Below, piece by piece: positions 25,344 to 36,492 of a DNA stretch of 64,000 nt. Position numbers and translations under genes: made by a program. Location of the stretch: positions 54,223,656-54,287,655 of the forward strand of contig NC_068985.1 of NCBI RefSeq assembly GCF_001194135.2, given 5' to 3'. The stretch is from Octopus bimaculoides (taxonomy: Eukaryota). How positions within the stretch are numbered: position 1 is the stretch's first letter; every line of letters starts with the position of its first letter. A model generated the notes under the pieces. It saw nothing but the letters and a program-made list of their open reading frames with translations, was not told the origin of the DNA and searched no databases.

Positions 25344-25749
25344 TGTTGTTGTTGTTGTTGTTGTTGTTGTTGGCACTCCGTCACTTACGACGTCGAGGGT
25401 TCCAGTTGATCCGATCAATGGAGCAGCCTGCTCGTGAAATTAACGTGCAAGTGGCTGAGCACTCCACAGACACGTGTACCCTTAACGTAGTTCTCGGGGA
25501 TATTCAGCATGACACAGTGTGACAAGGCTGACCCTTTGAGTTACTGGCACAACAGAAACAGGAAGTAAGACTGAGAGAAAGTTGTGGTGGAAGAGTACGG
25601 CAGGGTTCGCCACCATCCCCTGCCGGAGCCTCGTAGAGCTTTAGGTGTTTTTGCTCAATAAACACTCACAACGCCCGGTCTGGGAATCGAAACCGCGATC
25701 CTATGACCGCGAGTCCGCTGCCCTAACCACTGGGCCATTGCACCTCCAC
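25344..25749 (-). mobile_element. Young tRNA(Arg)-like SINE family D with (CAA)n tail and TSD
   Basis: Minus head TGGCCCAGTGGTTAGGGCAGCGGACTCGCGGTC...GGTTTCGATTCCC; CpG-rich; flanking AGCTAT(G/A)ATGA at 25333-25343 and 25752-25762. Confidence 0.9.
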
Positions 25750-25949
25750 AAAGCTATAATGAGAGAAGAATGAATTAGTGCATGAGATCAGAGGGAATGA
25801 CACAGTAAGGAAGATGAGAGGACTAATTGGAGGGAAGGAGCAAAAGCTGTTGCATAAGTGGTAAAAGAAGAAGAGAAAAGGATCAATGAACATGGGCAAG
25901 GAGCTGCAATGTACTGATGAGTGTTCTTTTACTAATCTAAGAAAGGACT

Positions 25950-26231
25950 CACCTGTCGTAAATGGAAGATGAGGGGTCTACAATTTCTTGCAGAACAACC
26001 TGCATACAAGATTTGGTTATAGTGATCAAATGTTTATCCGGTACATTAGCTCACACCCTTCATCATATCAACATTACCTGTGCAGATGCATGGTATGTCA
26101 AAATGACTACAGAGCAATGTGAAAGGGTGTGTTTTGCTTAAGAACTCAATACATTGACCAATCTAGGAACTGAAACCACAATCTTGTGATCATGAGTACA
26201 ACACCATGAACACTAAGTCACACACCTTCAC
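25950..26231 (-). mobile_element. SINE family E (old)
   Basis: Homologous to 41150-41458 (TATAGTGA.CAAATGT...GTACATTAGC, GTCAAAATGA..ACAGAGCAA). Confidence 0.6.
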
Positions 26232-26254
26232 TATGTGTGCGTGCGTGCGTATTT

Positions 26255-26718
26255 TGAATTTGGGCCTCACCGAGGCAATGACAAGTAACCAAGTCCTTTG
26301 GTGATATGCCGTGCTTGAGAAGACCTGTCAAGCCAAGTGAAATCATAGTCATAGCCCATGTCAGTGTCACATAACTGACACGTAAAAGCACCTTTTGAGT
26401 GTTGGGCCTCACAGAGGCAATGACAAATGACCAAGACTCTTGACAATATGCCATGCTTGAAAAAGAAAACCCATCAAGCCAAGTGAAATCATAGTCATGG
26501 CAGATACTGGTGTCACACAACTTGCACCTGTCCCGGTGACACATAAGAGAACCCATTACATTCTCGTAGTGGTTGGCATTAGGAAGAGCATCCAACTGTA
26601 GAAACCATGCCAAAACAGACTGGAGTCTGGTGCAGCCCCTTGGCTTACCAGCCTGGTCAAACCATCCAACCCATTCCAGCATGGACAATGGACATTAAAA
26701 GATACTGCTGCTGCTGAT
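26255..26718 (+). mobile_element. RTE-type 3' UTR with an internal ~140-bp tandem duplication
   Basis: TTGGGCCTCAC.GAGGCAATGACAA...CAAGCCAAGTGAAATCATAGTCAT twice, then GGTTGGCATTAGGAAGAGCATCC...GGACATTAAA. Confidence 0.7.
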
Positions 26719-26879
26719 TATATATATGGAGGAATATAAATATCTAGGCAGATAACGTGTTACTCTATGTAAAGTACCAAGGCTGGTTTCTTCCGATGGT
26801 CAAATTTATGGTATATTTCCTAAAAACTACCATCTGATGTTGCAGTTTGTTTCCTGGCTACTTAGAGTGTAAAATCACA

Positions 26880-27556
26880 ATACTGTTAATAAGGAAAATG
26901 AAGAATTTGAACATTCAGACTCTCTCCTTGGTTTATTCATAATAATTGTCCAACATGTGTTTCCATCATATCAATTGCAAAATGCTGCAGGGATTTATGC
27001 ATAATTTGTACAATCTCTTCAGGGTGAATAGATATGTCATTGTTGTTCAAGGAGTAATTTTCCCTATTATTAGTTTGAATCAGGCTTGGAAGTGGTAATA
27101 GTAAATCATGTTGTTCAACGATGAGTTGCTATTCACAATTGATTGCTTCTGTAAAAATCTGGTAACGCCAGCAGCAGTCTTTGTTGACATAGACACATTT
27201 TACTGGTCCGTAATTCAAAAGAAAACACCTTGGTCCAGTAAAATTTGTCAACATCAACAAAGACTGCTGCTGATGCTACCAGATTTTTACAGAAGCAATC
27301 AGTTGTGAATAGCAACTCAACGTCGAACAACATGATTTACTATTACCACTTCCAAGCCTGATTCAAACTAATGGGGAAAATTACTTCTTGAACAATGACA
27401 TATTCACCCTGAAGATAAAGTACAAATTATGCATAAACCTCTGCATATAAATATGCAGTAATTTTCAAATGATATGATCGAAACATGTGTCAATTATTAT
27501 GAATAAACCAAGCAGCAAGTTTGAATATTCAAATTCTTTGTTTTCCATATTAACAG

Positions 27557-27559
<3 letters not shown>
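26880..27559. mobile_element. Penelope-like 3'-end foldback (~330-bp arms) with hammerhead-like motif
   Basis: Mirror ORFs 27108-27308(+) and 27133-27333(-); outward frame IFTEAISCE*QLNVEQHDLLLPLPSL resembles a GIY-YIG C-terminus; CTGAAGA 27409-27415, GAAAC-ATGT-GTC 27480-27491, then AATAAA. Confidence 0.8.
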
Positions 27560-27593
<34 letters not shown>

Positions 27594-28384
27594 CAGGTGA
27601 AAGGTGTGTATGCCACAAGTGCTTTCAGCGCTAATAGCACAAGACTTTTTCACCCAAAACTTCATTTACCACACTGTTATAAACCTCTCTGTTGCTTCTA
27701 AGCAGTCTCAAGCTGAATTTACTTCTAGATTTTTATATTTCTTCATCAGATCCACAATTTCTTGAGATGACGTTGTTGTTCTTTACACCACATCTTAACC
27801 AGGAGTCTTCGTTTGTTTCAGTTAGTCCAACTATTAATGATGGTTTAATAATGCAGAGACTAGAAATTCAGGAAGCAAGTCGTGAAGCAGGCACTTAATG
27901 GTCTGAGATTCTTATAACCAATAATAAACTAGACAATAATCATGTTTAACTAGGCCTGAGTCAAATTACCAGCAATTTTTCTGAAATATATTTCCGCTGT
28001 TTAATGGTGTGGCAATGCCAGAAATAGCCAGACAAATTAACATAATCTAAAAACTACTGCTTTCCTCCTCGTTACCAGTGGGAGGACTTCACACATTTCC
28101 TTTATGAATTATTTCTAAAATATGTGGATATCAAATTGAATCTAAAACACAAACACACGATGAACATGTAACAAAAAACAGCATGTGTGTGTGTGTGTGC
28201 AAGTGTGTGATATTGTGTGCATGTGAGTGTGTGTGATTGTGTGTGTGATTATGTGCATGTGTGTGCATATGTGTATACAAGTTAGGAAAAAAGCAATGAG
28301 CATTTTAGATTTACATTTTCAAGTTGTGTAATGTCAATGCTAAAACATTTTCAATTACAAAAATAATTCACTGCTTCATTATTC

Positions 28385-28530
28385 ATCTGCTGCTACATTC
28401 TGAGTTCAAATTCCGCCAAAGTGGACTTTGCCTTTCATCATTTCAGGGTCAATAAGTTGAAGACTGGCGTCTATGTAACTGACACATCTCCTCCCCCAAA
28501 ACGGCTGTCCTTGTGGCAAAATTTGAAATT
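28385..28530 (+). mobile_element. SINE family B fragment
   Basis: CTGAGTTCAAATTCCGCC...GACTTTGCCTTTCATC...CTTGTGGCAAAATTTGAAA. Confidence 0.7.
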
Positions 28531-28804
28531 ATTATTGTTATTATTATTATTAATAATAGATGAAATTTAGCTTAGTTAAAACAATTTCAGTAAGTTTTAA
28601 ACCAGTTAGACTGCATAAGGTAGCTCTGATGTTTACGAAGAAAAAACAAAATTAGGAGAAAAAAAGGAGAGACAAAATCTAAATATGTCAATGTTATTAG
28701 ACATATTATAATTACAAATAATAAAAATAAGCAGTCCTTTATTTGTCCACGAAAGAAAAGTGACATCATAAAAGTTTATCATATAAAATTCCTCTCAGTT
28801 CTTG

Positions 28805-29100
28805 AAGTTAGTTAGTTGTCTCTGTCATGAGGCACATAAGGCTACAACACAATCTCTCCAATCAGTTCTGTTTTCTGTCACTGTTCTGTCTCATTCCAGC
28901 CTCCCACCCTTTCTGTCTCCTTTCCTCATCAATGGTCCTTCACCTTGTGGTTTTATGGGCACTCTGCTACTCTTTTCCCCTTCAAGCTTCCACTTTAGAG
29001 CCAACATACAATCGCTTTCTTGATTGTTTTGGAGGATGTGGCTGATCCAGTTTCAGCATCTATCATCTCTTGAAGTAGCTATTATCTATCAGTGTGTCTA
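28805..29100 (-). mobile_element. RTE LINE C-terminal fragment (different subfamily)
   Basis: Minus pseudo-translation WISHIL...LALKWKLEGKR resembles WIGHVLR...ALTW-PEGKR. Confidence 0.6.
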
Positions 29101-29289
29101 ATATCTTAGTGAAATAATACAGATAAACTAGACATAGGTATGGCTATGTGGTTAAGAGACTTGCTTTGCACCTTTGTGGTTTGAGGTTTTAACTCACTAC
29201 AAGCAATAATATTAAAATAAGTACCAAATAGGTGAACAGGTACCTGTTTATAATTTGGGGAAATGGCTACATCAGTGAACCACACCTCT

Positions 29290-29510
29290 GCATGATACCT
29301 GTTTACAGCTTGTGGGACTGGATGTGACAATAAACTGCACCTCTACATGGTACCTATTTACAGTTTAGTGGGCTGTACCTCTACATAGCACCTATGTACA
29401 GTTTAGTAGACTGGGTACAACAATAAATTGTACCTCTACATGATACCAGTTTACAATTTGGTGAATAGATATAGCAGGAGTGAAGTTCCACACAATGCCT
29501 ATTTAGAACA
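29290..29510. repeat. Degenerate ~50-bp tandem array
   Basis: Repeated ACCTCTACATG.TACCT.TTTACAG.TT.GTG(G)...ACAATAAA.TG units. Confidence 0.5.
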
Positions 29511-29844
29511 AGTGGACTGAATACAGCAGTGAACTGTTTGCTACTGCGTACCAATTAATGTTGTAATTTAACTCCTTATATTTTAAAAAAATGAATGATG
29601 TTTAATAATGTAATCATATATACTCAATGCTCAAAGGTGTTCTATTCATGACCATCCTATCTTTTATTGAGAAATAATATAGTTAGAGCTATATTATTTA
29701 GCCAGTCCTTCTATTTTTAAAAATGGCAGGGTGTGATTTAAGAAAATTTGGCTGCTGCTTGCTACTACTAGTAGGTCGAGCTCTTTCACTGAATTACAAT
29801 GTTTTTGTTCTGATTATGTGATCTCTAATTCTCTAATTTTTTAA

Positions 29845-30021
29845 TCCTTTAGCATTTAAACCAGCCATATCCAGCCCAAATAATCTACCTTTTCTATGAT
29901 CAAACTGGCCATGTCCAGCTTTTCACACTTACCCTACGCCATTGTAAAATTAAACAATCAAATGATTGAGATCTCAAAGCTATGAGATAGTGTATGATTA
30001 AGAAAACTGAATGTTAGAGGG
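29845..30021. mobile_element. piggyBac-like MITE
   Basis: TTAA on both sides, termini (C/T)CCTTTAGCATT...ATGTTAGAGGG; homologous to 56521-56730. Confidence 0.7.
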
Positions 30022-30233
30022 TTAAGGCAATAGAAAGTTTGTTGAGAAGAGATTTAGAAGCTATGTTTAGGGAAGTCAAACTCTCTCATTTGTTACCCTC
30101 ATACACTAGTTCACACCCTCAGACACTGACCCACTTCGCATTGTCAGTATCCTCAGTACTTCCACTAACTTGTTCACACTGATTACCTTCTCTTTTCACA
30201 CACACACACACAAAACGTCCATTCACAAACATG

Positions 30234-30278
<45 letters not shown>

Positions 30279-30444
30279 ACATGCTTCAATACAAAGTTTG
30301 AGTAACCTGTAATCCAACACAACCCCACCCACTGATTCTCGATATCTTATCTCCTCCCTACTTCCACTCCTCCAGCCACTCCATCATATTTGGATTTGTG
30401 GATGTGTTTGTGTGTGTGTGAGAGAAAGAGGAAGAGAGGAAGAG

Positions 30445-30519
30445 NNNNNNNNNNNNNNNNNNNNNNNNNNNNNNNNNNNNNNNNNNNNNNNNNNNNNNNN
30501 NNNNNNNNNNNNNNNNNNN
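30445..30519. other. Assembly gap within (GA)n tract
   Basis: Ns in sequence. Confidence 1.
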
Positions 30520-30561
<42 letters not shown>

Positions 30562-30849
30562 ATATCTTATCTGTATGTTTGTATTGTTAAGAAAAACATA
30601 ATACAAGCCACTACAGTTTGCTGTGTAAATACACTTTTGTTGTACATGCCCTGCTCTTAGTATATACATTTGTACACAAACACAAACTATATATATATAT
30701 ATATATGTGTTGAAAAATATCGTTATAGGGATAAAAATACCATAAACAATTATAGAAAAATGGAAGAGAAAAAGATGTTAAATCAAAATTAGATTTAATA
30801 CAAATAGGATTCAATACAATGTATACATATATAAATATGCATGGGAGTG

Positions 30850-31235
30850 TCTAGTGCCAAACCTCGGTCTGAAAGCTACAAAGTCAATCCCTGTTTTAGA
30901 CAGCACCGCACTGCACCAAAGGTTCCACCCTCCCCCATCTACATTCAAGATCCAATAGTGCTCTAAGACCCCCAACTCTTCAATACTTTTAAGAGATCTA
31001 CAGGTGTGGAGAGGGGTTTAATAAATGCTGAGCATCTCTTTATATAAGGTCCCAGACAAACTAACATGATGGCAAGGAATACAAATAAGGGTATTAGTAT
31101 CTTAACTCCCTGCTTCACCAGGAACCCACCACAGAGAGAGGGCTATGAAAATCCAAGTAACATCAATGCCAGTGCCCCAGAATGGCCACAGCTTATAAGC
31201 TGAATCAGGCTGAAAATTGTAAAGGAGTAAAAGAG
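30850..31235 (+). mobile_element. CR1-like LINE 3' end (ORF C-terminus plus tail)
   Basis: Pseudo-translations PQLFNT, LRDL, LYKVPDK; tail GCCAGTGCCCCAGAATGGCCACAG...GTAAAGGAGTAAAAGAG. Clade call is from memory of motif style. Confidence 0.55.
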
Positions 31236-31289
31236 CGTATATATGAAGTTAATTTAAAAGAAATATGTTATCTAATACAGATATGGTAT

Positions 31290-31672
31290 AGGCACATGCA
31301 TAACTGTATGGTTAAGAAGCTCATTTTGCAACCATGTTTTGAGTTGTGTCCCACAGCATGGCACCTTGGACAAGTGTCTTCTACCATAGTCCCAGGCCAA
31401 CCAATATCTTGTGAGGGAATTTGGGAGATGGAAACTGTGTGAAAGCCTCTGTGTGTGTGTGTGTGTGTATGTGTATGCATGCGAGCGCATATCTATACAT
31501 ATGTGTATCTTTGTCATACGCACACACACTTCTTGACGACCAGTATTGGTTTGTTTATCTCCCCATAACTGCAGTTCAGTGAAAGAGACAAATAGAACAA
31601 GAACCGGACTTCAAAAACCTAAGTAGTGGGGTCAATATTTTTCACCTTTCAAGGTGGTACTTCAGCATGAAC
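31290..31672 (+). mobile_element. SINE family A (older copy)
   Basis: Head GGCACATGCATAACTGTATGGTTAAG, GGCACCTTGGACAAGTGTCTT, internal (TG)n. Confidence 0.8.
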
Positions 31673-31769
31673 TTCTTTTTACTTTGATACCTCATTCTTC
31701 CAAGTACATATTCTGCCAATATGAATTTCCTATCTCATTCTTCATGGATTAGTAAGTCTTCTTGGGATT

Positions 31770-32101
31770 ATTACCTCTGCCCTAGTGAAGGCGGAGGTAT
31801 TGTTTTCAGTTGTGTTTGTTTGTTTGTTTGTCCATGGATAAGAACTGCTGCATGGATTTGGATGAAACTCTCAGGGATGTTTTTTGTGATCAATCTGATA
31901 CCAGACAAGGATTCTGGATTATTTTTCCTGTTTTTTTTTTACTTAATTTTTGAGAGTGGTCGGGTTCATTTTTAGTATTCTCATTTGTGAGAGCAGTTGA
32001 GCTTATTTCAGATATTCTCGTTTTAAAAGTCATCTTCGGTTAATCATTGAGGACATTGGTGTTGCCTTGGCGGAGGTTTGCACTCTCCGAGTGCTCTTGT
32101 T
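31770..32101 (+). mobile_element. Non-autonomous Helentron-type (HINE/DINE-1-like) element
   Basis: 5' ACCTCTGCC/GGCGGAGGT hairpin, (GTTT)n, 3' CCTTGGCGGAGGT then stem-loop GCACTC-TCC-GAGTGC and a TT end. Confidence 0.75.
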
Positions 32102-32249
32102 TATATATGATACAATTAACTACTACAACTTTGTTTACAGACATAGGCTTTATAATAGCCACCTGTGTACGATACAAAATACATCATACCAATTTAATGT
32201 GGTATTTATCTGGAGATGTCACTTATGGATGTATTCATTAACTTCATCA

Positions 32250-32460
32250 TAATTTAATGCCCGTTTTCCAGGCTGGCATGGGTTGGACAGTTTGACCAGA
32301 GCTGGTAAGGCCAGGGACTGCACCAGGCTCCACTGTCTGTTCTGGCATGGGTTCTAGGTCTGGATGCCCTTTCTAACACCAACCACTCCACACAGTGTAC
32401 TGGGTGCTTTTAATATGGCACCAGCACCAGTGCTTTCTATGTGGTACAAGCACCTGTATC
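32250..32460 (-). mobile_element. RTE 3' UTR/tail fragment
   Basis: TTTAATGCCCGTTTTCCA...TGCACCAGGCTCC...GGATGCCCT. Confidence 0.75.
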
Positions 32461-32979
32461 AATTCTGCTGTGGCAGACAAGTCTTCTTGATGTGTTTCAA
32501 AACACATATATATATCAGTAGCAGCATTTTTAAATATGGTACATCCATAAGAGATATTATGTCAAGAGGAATACTGCTGTAAATTAGCTTTTTTGCAATG
32601 TATTTGCATTCAGTATGGCAAACAAATAGCAATTTTAATCTAATATTGCTTCTGTTGCATATAACAGATATGCTTCCTCAATGCAGTTACATGAAAGGTA
32701 TAAAGTATTGAACGAATGGTCATGTAAGACCATTTAGGGTATTGATGCAAATGGGCAAGATCTTCTCAGAATAATCCATACAGGAAGAGAAACACTAAAG
32801 AGTTCTATCTAGACAGAGAGATAGCAACATAAACGACAGGAGTTTTGTTCAGTAAGTAGGCCTGACTGCACAATACAGTATAATGCCAACTATCTGCTTT
32901 CACCCTTCAGATATTGATCAATAAAAACTGTAATTCTTTTATTTAAAAATATCATTTTGAGGTGAACATGCAAATAAGG

Positions 32980-33028
<49 letters not shown>

Positions 33029-33352
33029 AAGAGAGAGAGTGGAAACTAAAACAGACCCTAATACACACAAACATGTAAATAAAGATAAATTATGTTTCAT
33101 AAATATCAATAAAATGCAATAGTAAATAAAAACTTGGCATTATTTTCCTGAGAATCCTCAGATTTTTTTCAATGACTGCTGTTGCAAATGAAGGCAATAG
33201 ACAACTGGATTTCTCTCAACTAGTCTCTCCCTCAGCCCATTCAGTATTAAGTTATATCATCATCATCCTCTCCAGCTTTCTCTAACTCTTTTCTCTGTAT
33301 CCTGCATTCCTGCATTGTATCACAGGTTTTCTGCATCCTGCATTGTATCACA

Positions 33353-33444
33353 GGATTTGGTAGATGGAAACTTAAAGATGCCCAGCACACACACACGTGT
33401 GTGTGTGTGTGCTGATCATCTTTAAGTTTCCATCTACCAAATCC
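33353..33444. repeat. SINE A-derived foldback (~45-bp arms) centred on (CA)n(TG)n
   Basis: GGATTTGGTAGATGGAAACTTAAAGATG...CATCTTTAAGTTTCCATCTACCAAATCC. Confidence 0.85.
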
Positions 33445-33556
33445 ACTCACAAGGCTTTGGTTGACTTGGGACTGTAGTAGATGACACTTGCTCAAGGTGC
33501 CACACAATGGAACCAAACCTAGAAGCATGAGGTTGGGAGGTGGATATGGATATATG

Positions 33557-33601
<45 letters not shown>

Positions 33602-33605
<4 letters not shown>

Positions 33606-34179
33606 CTAAAATGCTTCATGCTACATACATTATATGTGTTATTAATAGTTTCACATACATAAGTACATTCATCAGGCAATGATTGAACTATCCACCCAAG
33701 AGGTTTATGTTCAAATAGAGGACAGAAGTGAAGTGATACAATGGCAAAAAGTACCTAATGGAAGATTCCACCAAGATAGGCGAATGAATAAAAAAACAAA
33801 CAAACAATTTTTTAAAAATAAATAAATAAATAAAAATTATAAAAAGTTAAAGGGTATGTTCAATATATATTAAAAGATCTATTGAAATATAATAAAAACT
33901 TGTAAATGCATGAATGAAGATGAAAAGTACAAAGATTCTATTTATTTTTTATTTATTTTAAAGAATTGGGTTTTTTGGGGGTTTTTTTTTATTCATTCAC
34001 CCATCTTGGTGGAATCTTCCATTAGGTACGTTTTGCCTTCGTATCGTTTCACACCTGTTCTCTATTTAAACGTAAACCTCTTGGTTGGATAGTTCAATCA
34101 GTGACTGGTGAACATACTTATGCACACGAAACTATTAGTAGCATATATAATGCATGTCGTATGAAGCATCTATAGTAAT
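33602..34179. repeat. Foldback palindrome (~230-bp arms) with outward hammerhead-like motifs
   Basis: GTACCTAATGGAAGATTCCACCAAGAT pairs with ATCTTGGTGGAATCTTCCATTAGGTAC; CTGATGA (33669-33675, minus) and CTGGTGA (34105-34111, plus), each followed by a short stem and GAAAC-TATTA-(G/A)TA. Confidence 0.9.
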
Positions 34180-34244
34180 GTTAGACTCTCATTAGATGGC
34201 ATACTCTCTTTATTGATTTTCACACAAATTAATTTCATATATAT

Positions 34245-34294
<50 letters not shown>

Positions 34295-34827
34295 ACATAT
34301 GCATGTATACCTGCACATACACACAAATACATGTGTATACATATATACAGAGAACAGCTTTGGTCATAAGCCTGTAGGATCAGAGTTGGTCTCTATTCAG
34401 ACAACTATAACAACTACATATCCATACATATGGGGCCAGATCTTGGCAACATAGTGTCCAACTAGAAAATGTTAAGCAATAGTAGTAGACATGGGTGGAA
34501 TGTGTCCTTAAATCTTCCCTTTGGCCTTGTGTTCATAACATGAGAGGTTTTAAGCCCTTATGCATGCACCCTAATCCCATGATGCTGGTTTTCTGGTGTA
34601 GAAGGCCAGCTATAGCATTGTACTACCTACATTTCTTGTAGTGAACAAATGAGGAGATGCTTGTCCTTCAGTAAGTATCATAACTGGGTAGTTCTAATTG
34701 TGTAGTTAAGAAACTTGCTTCCAAACCAAGTGGTCTTGGATTCAGTCCCACTGTGTGGCACCTTGCACAAGTGTCTGCTACTATAGCCCCAGGCCAACCA
34801 AAGCCACTTGAGTAGTTTTGGTAAGTA

Positions 34828-34984
34828 GGCACAGGAGTGGCTGTGTGGTAAGTAGCTTGCTTACCAACCACATGGTTCCGGGTTCAGTCCCACTGCATGG
34901 CACTGTAGCCTCGGGCCGACCAAAGCCTTGTGAGTGGATTTGATAGACGGAAACTGAAAGAAGTCCGTTGTATATATGTATATG

Positions 34985-35025
<41 letters not shown>

Positions 35026-35297
35026 NNNNNNNNNNNNNNNNNNNNNNNNNNNNNNNNNNNNNNNNNNNNNNNNNNNNNNNNNNNNNNNNNNNNNNNNNNN
35101 NNCCCCCCCCCCCCCCAACATCGCTTGACAACCGATGCTGATGTGTTTACGTCTCCTTAACTTAGCGGTTCGGCAAAAGAGACCGATATAATAAGTACTA
35201 GGCTTACAAAGAATAAGTCCTGGGGTCGATTTGCTCGACTAAAGGCGGTGCTCCAGCATGGCCGCAGTCAAATGACTGAAACAAGTAAAAGAGTAAA
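34828..35297 (+). mobile_element. SINE family A, young full-length copy spanning an N-gap (35026-35102)
   Basis: GGCACAGGAGTGGCTGTGTGGTAAG head, GGTTCAGTCCC B-box, tail ACAAGTAAAAGAGTA. Confidence 0.95.
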
Positions 35298-36044
35298 TGT
35301 AAACTTAACAGAAGCCAGTTGTATATGTATGTATTTGTGTCTCTTTGTCTTGACATCACGTGATAGCTGTAAATGAGCGTCTCCATCGTAGAAGCCATGT
35401 TGTTTGTTTCCAATCTTCAGTGGATACAACTTTGGCCATGGAGAAATATTCATCTTGCTTCGACAGAACTAAGGGTTGGTGACAGGAAGGGTATTCAGCC
35501 ATAGAATATGTACCTCAAAAACACCATTTGACCCATATAAGCGTGGAAAAGTGGGCTTTAAAATGATGATGGTGATGATAATACATACACACAAAAAAAT
35601 AAATAAAATAAAACAAAAAATGACAGTCATGTAGTATCTTCAAAGTATATAGGATTATAATTAGCATATTTTCAAGGAGTATCCAAATACTACCATCTGC
35701 TAAATATTGAGTTCTGCTGTGTATATGTTATAATTCTACTTTGTATATGTATGCACACTTGTTTGAGTTTATATCTGCCAATGTTTATTATCATATTAAT
35801 GCTATATTTATTATTGTATGAGAATCACATTAATATTATAACAGCCTGGGCTACAATCTACTTTTTGTAACACACGCACACACACACACAGGTGCTAACG
35901 TACCAAACTCTCAGCGCATGAGTCACTCTGTTGCTTCTGCTAAATAATAATAATAATAATAGTTTATAGAGAGGACTGATAAACTCAGCAGAAATGTAAT
36001 ATATAGAAAGATGAGTTCTTAACTTTTTTCTTAACTCATCTTTC

Positions 36045-36082
<38 letters not shown>

Positions 36083-36107
36083 TATTATTATTATTATTAT
36101 TATTATT

Positions 36108-36492
36108 CAGTAGTTTTATTTTTATAACGTGCTTTCACTTCACTACCGAGCGCAGCTCTGTGCGCCTTGGGTATGTGCTGTGGTTTGCTGTGGTGCTCTT
36201 ATGTTTACTGTATTGAAAGTGTTTTGCGTAGGATGTGTGCAGTACCCAGTAGTGCAATTTTCTGTATGTTATATATATTTGTAAGTCCTGCTATTTTTGT
36301 TATGTATTTGTCTGAATATTTTTTTATTATACCTAAGGCACCTACTATGATAGGAATTGTTTCTGTTTTTAGATTCCACATTCGAGTTATCTCTATTTCC
36401 AGGTCTTTGTATTTTGAAAGTTTTTCCATTTCTTTTAGAGAAACGTTGTCATCTGCTGGTATTGATACATCAATTAGAAAGCATTTTTTTTC
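36108..36492 (-). mobile_element. 5'-truncated Dong/R4-clade non-LTR retrotransposon (RLE endonuclease C-terminus plus 3' UTR)
   Basis: Open frame KCFLIDVSIPADDNVSLKEMEKLSKYKDLEIEITRMW...PIIVGALG...ILRKTL; (TAA)n on both sides in element orientation. Confidence 0.85.

Noticed and set aside
25675-25749. tRNA-Arg gene
   Set aside because: The tRNA-like part continues into a SINE body with a tail and TSD, and I could not build a full acceptor stem.
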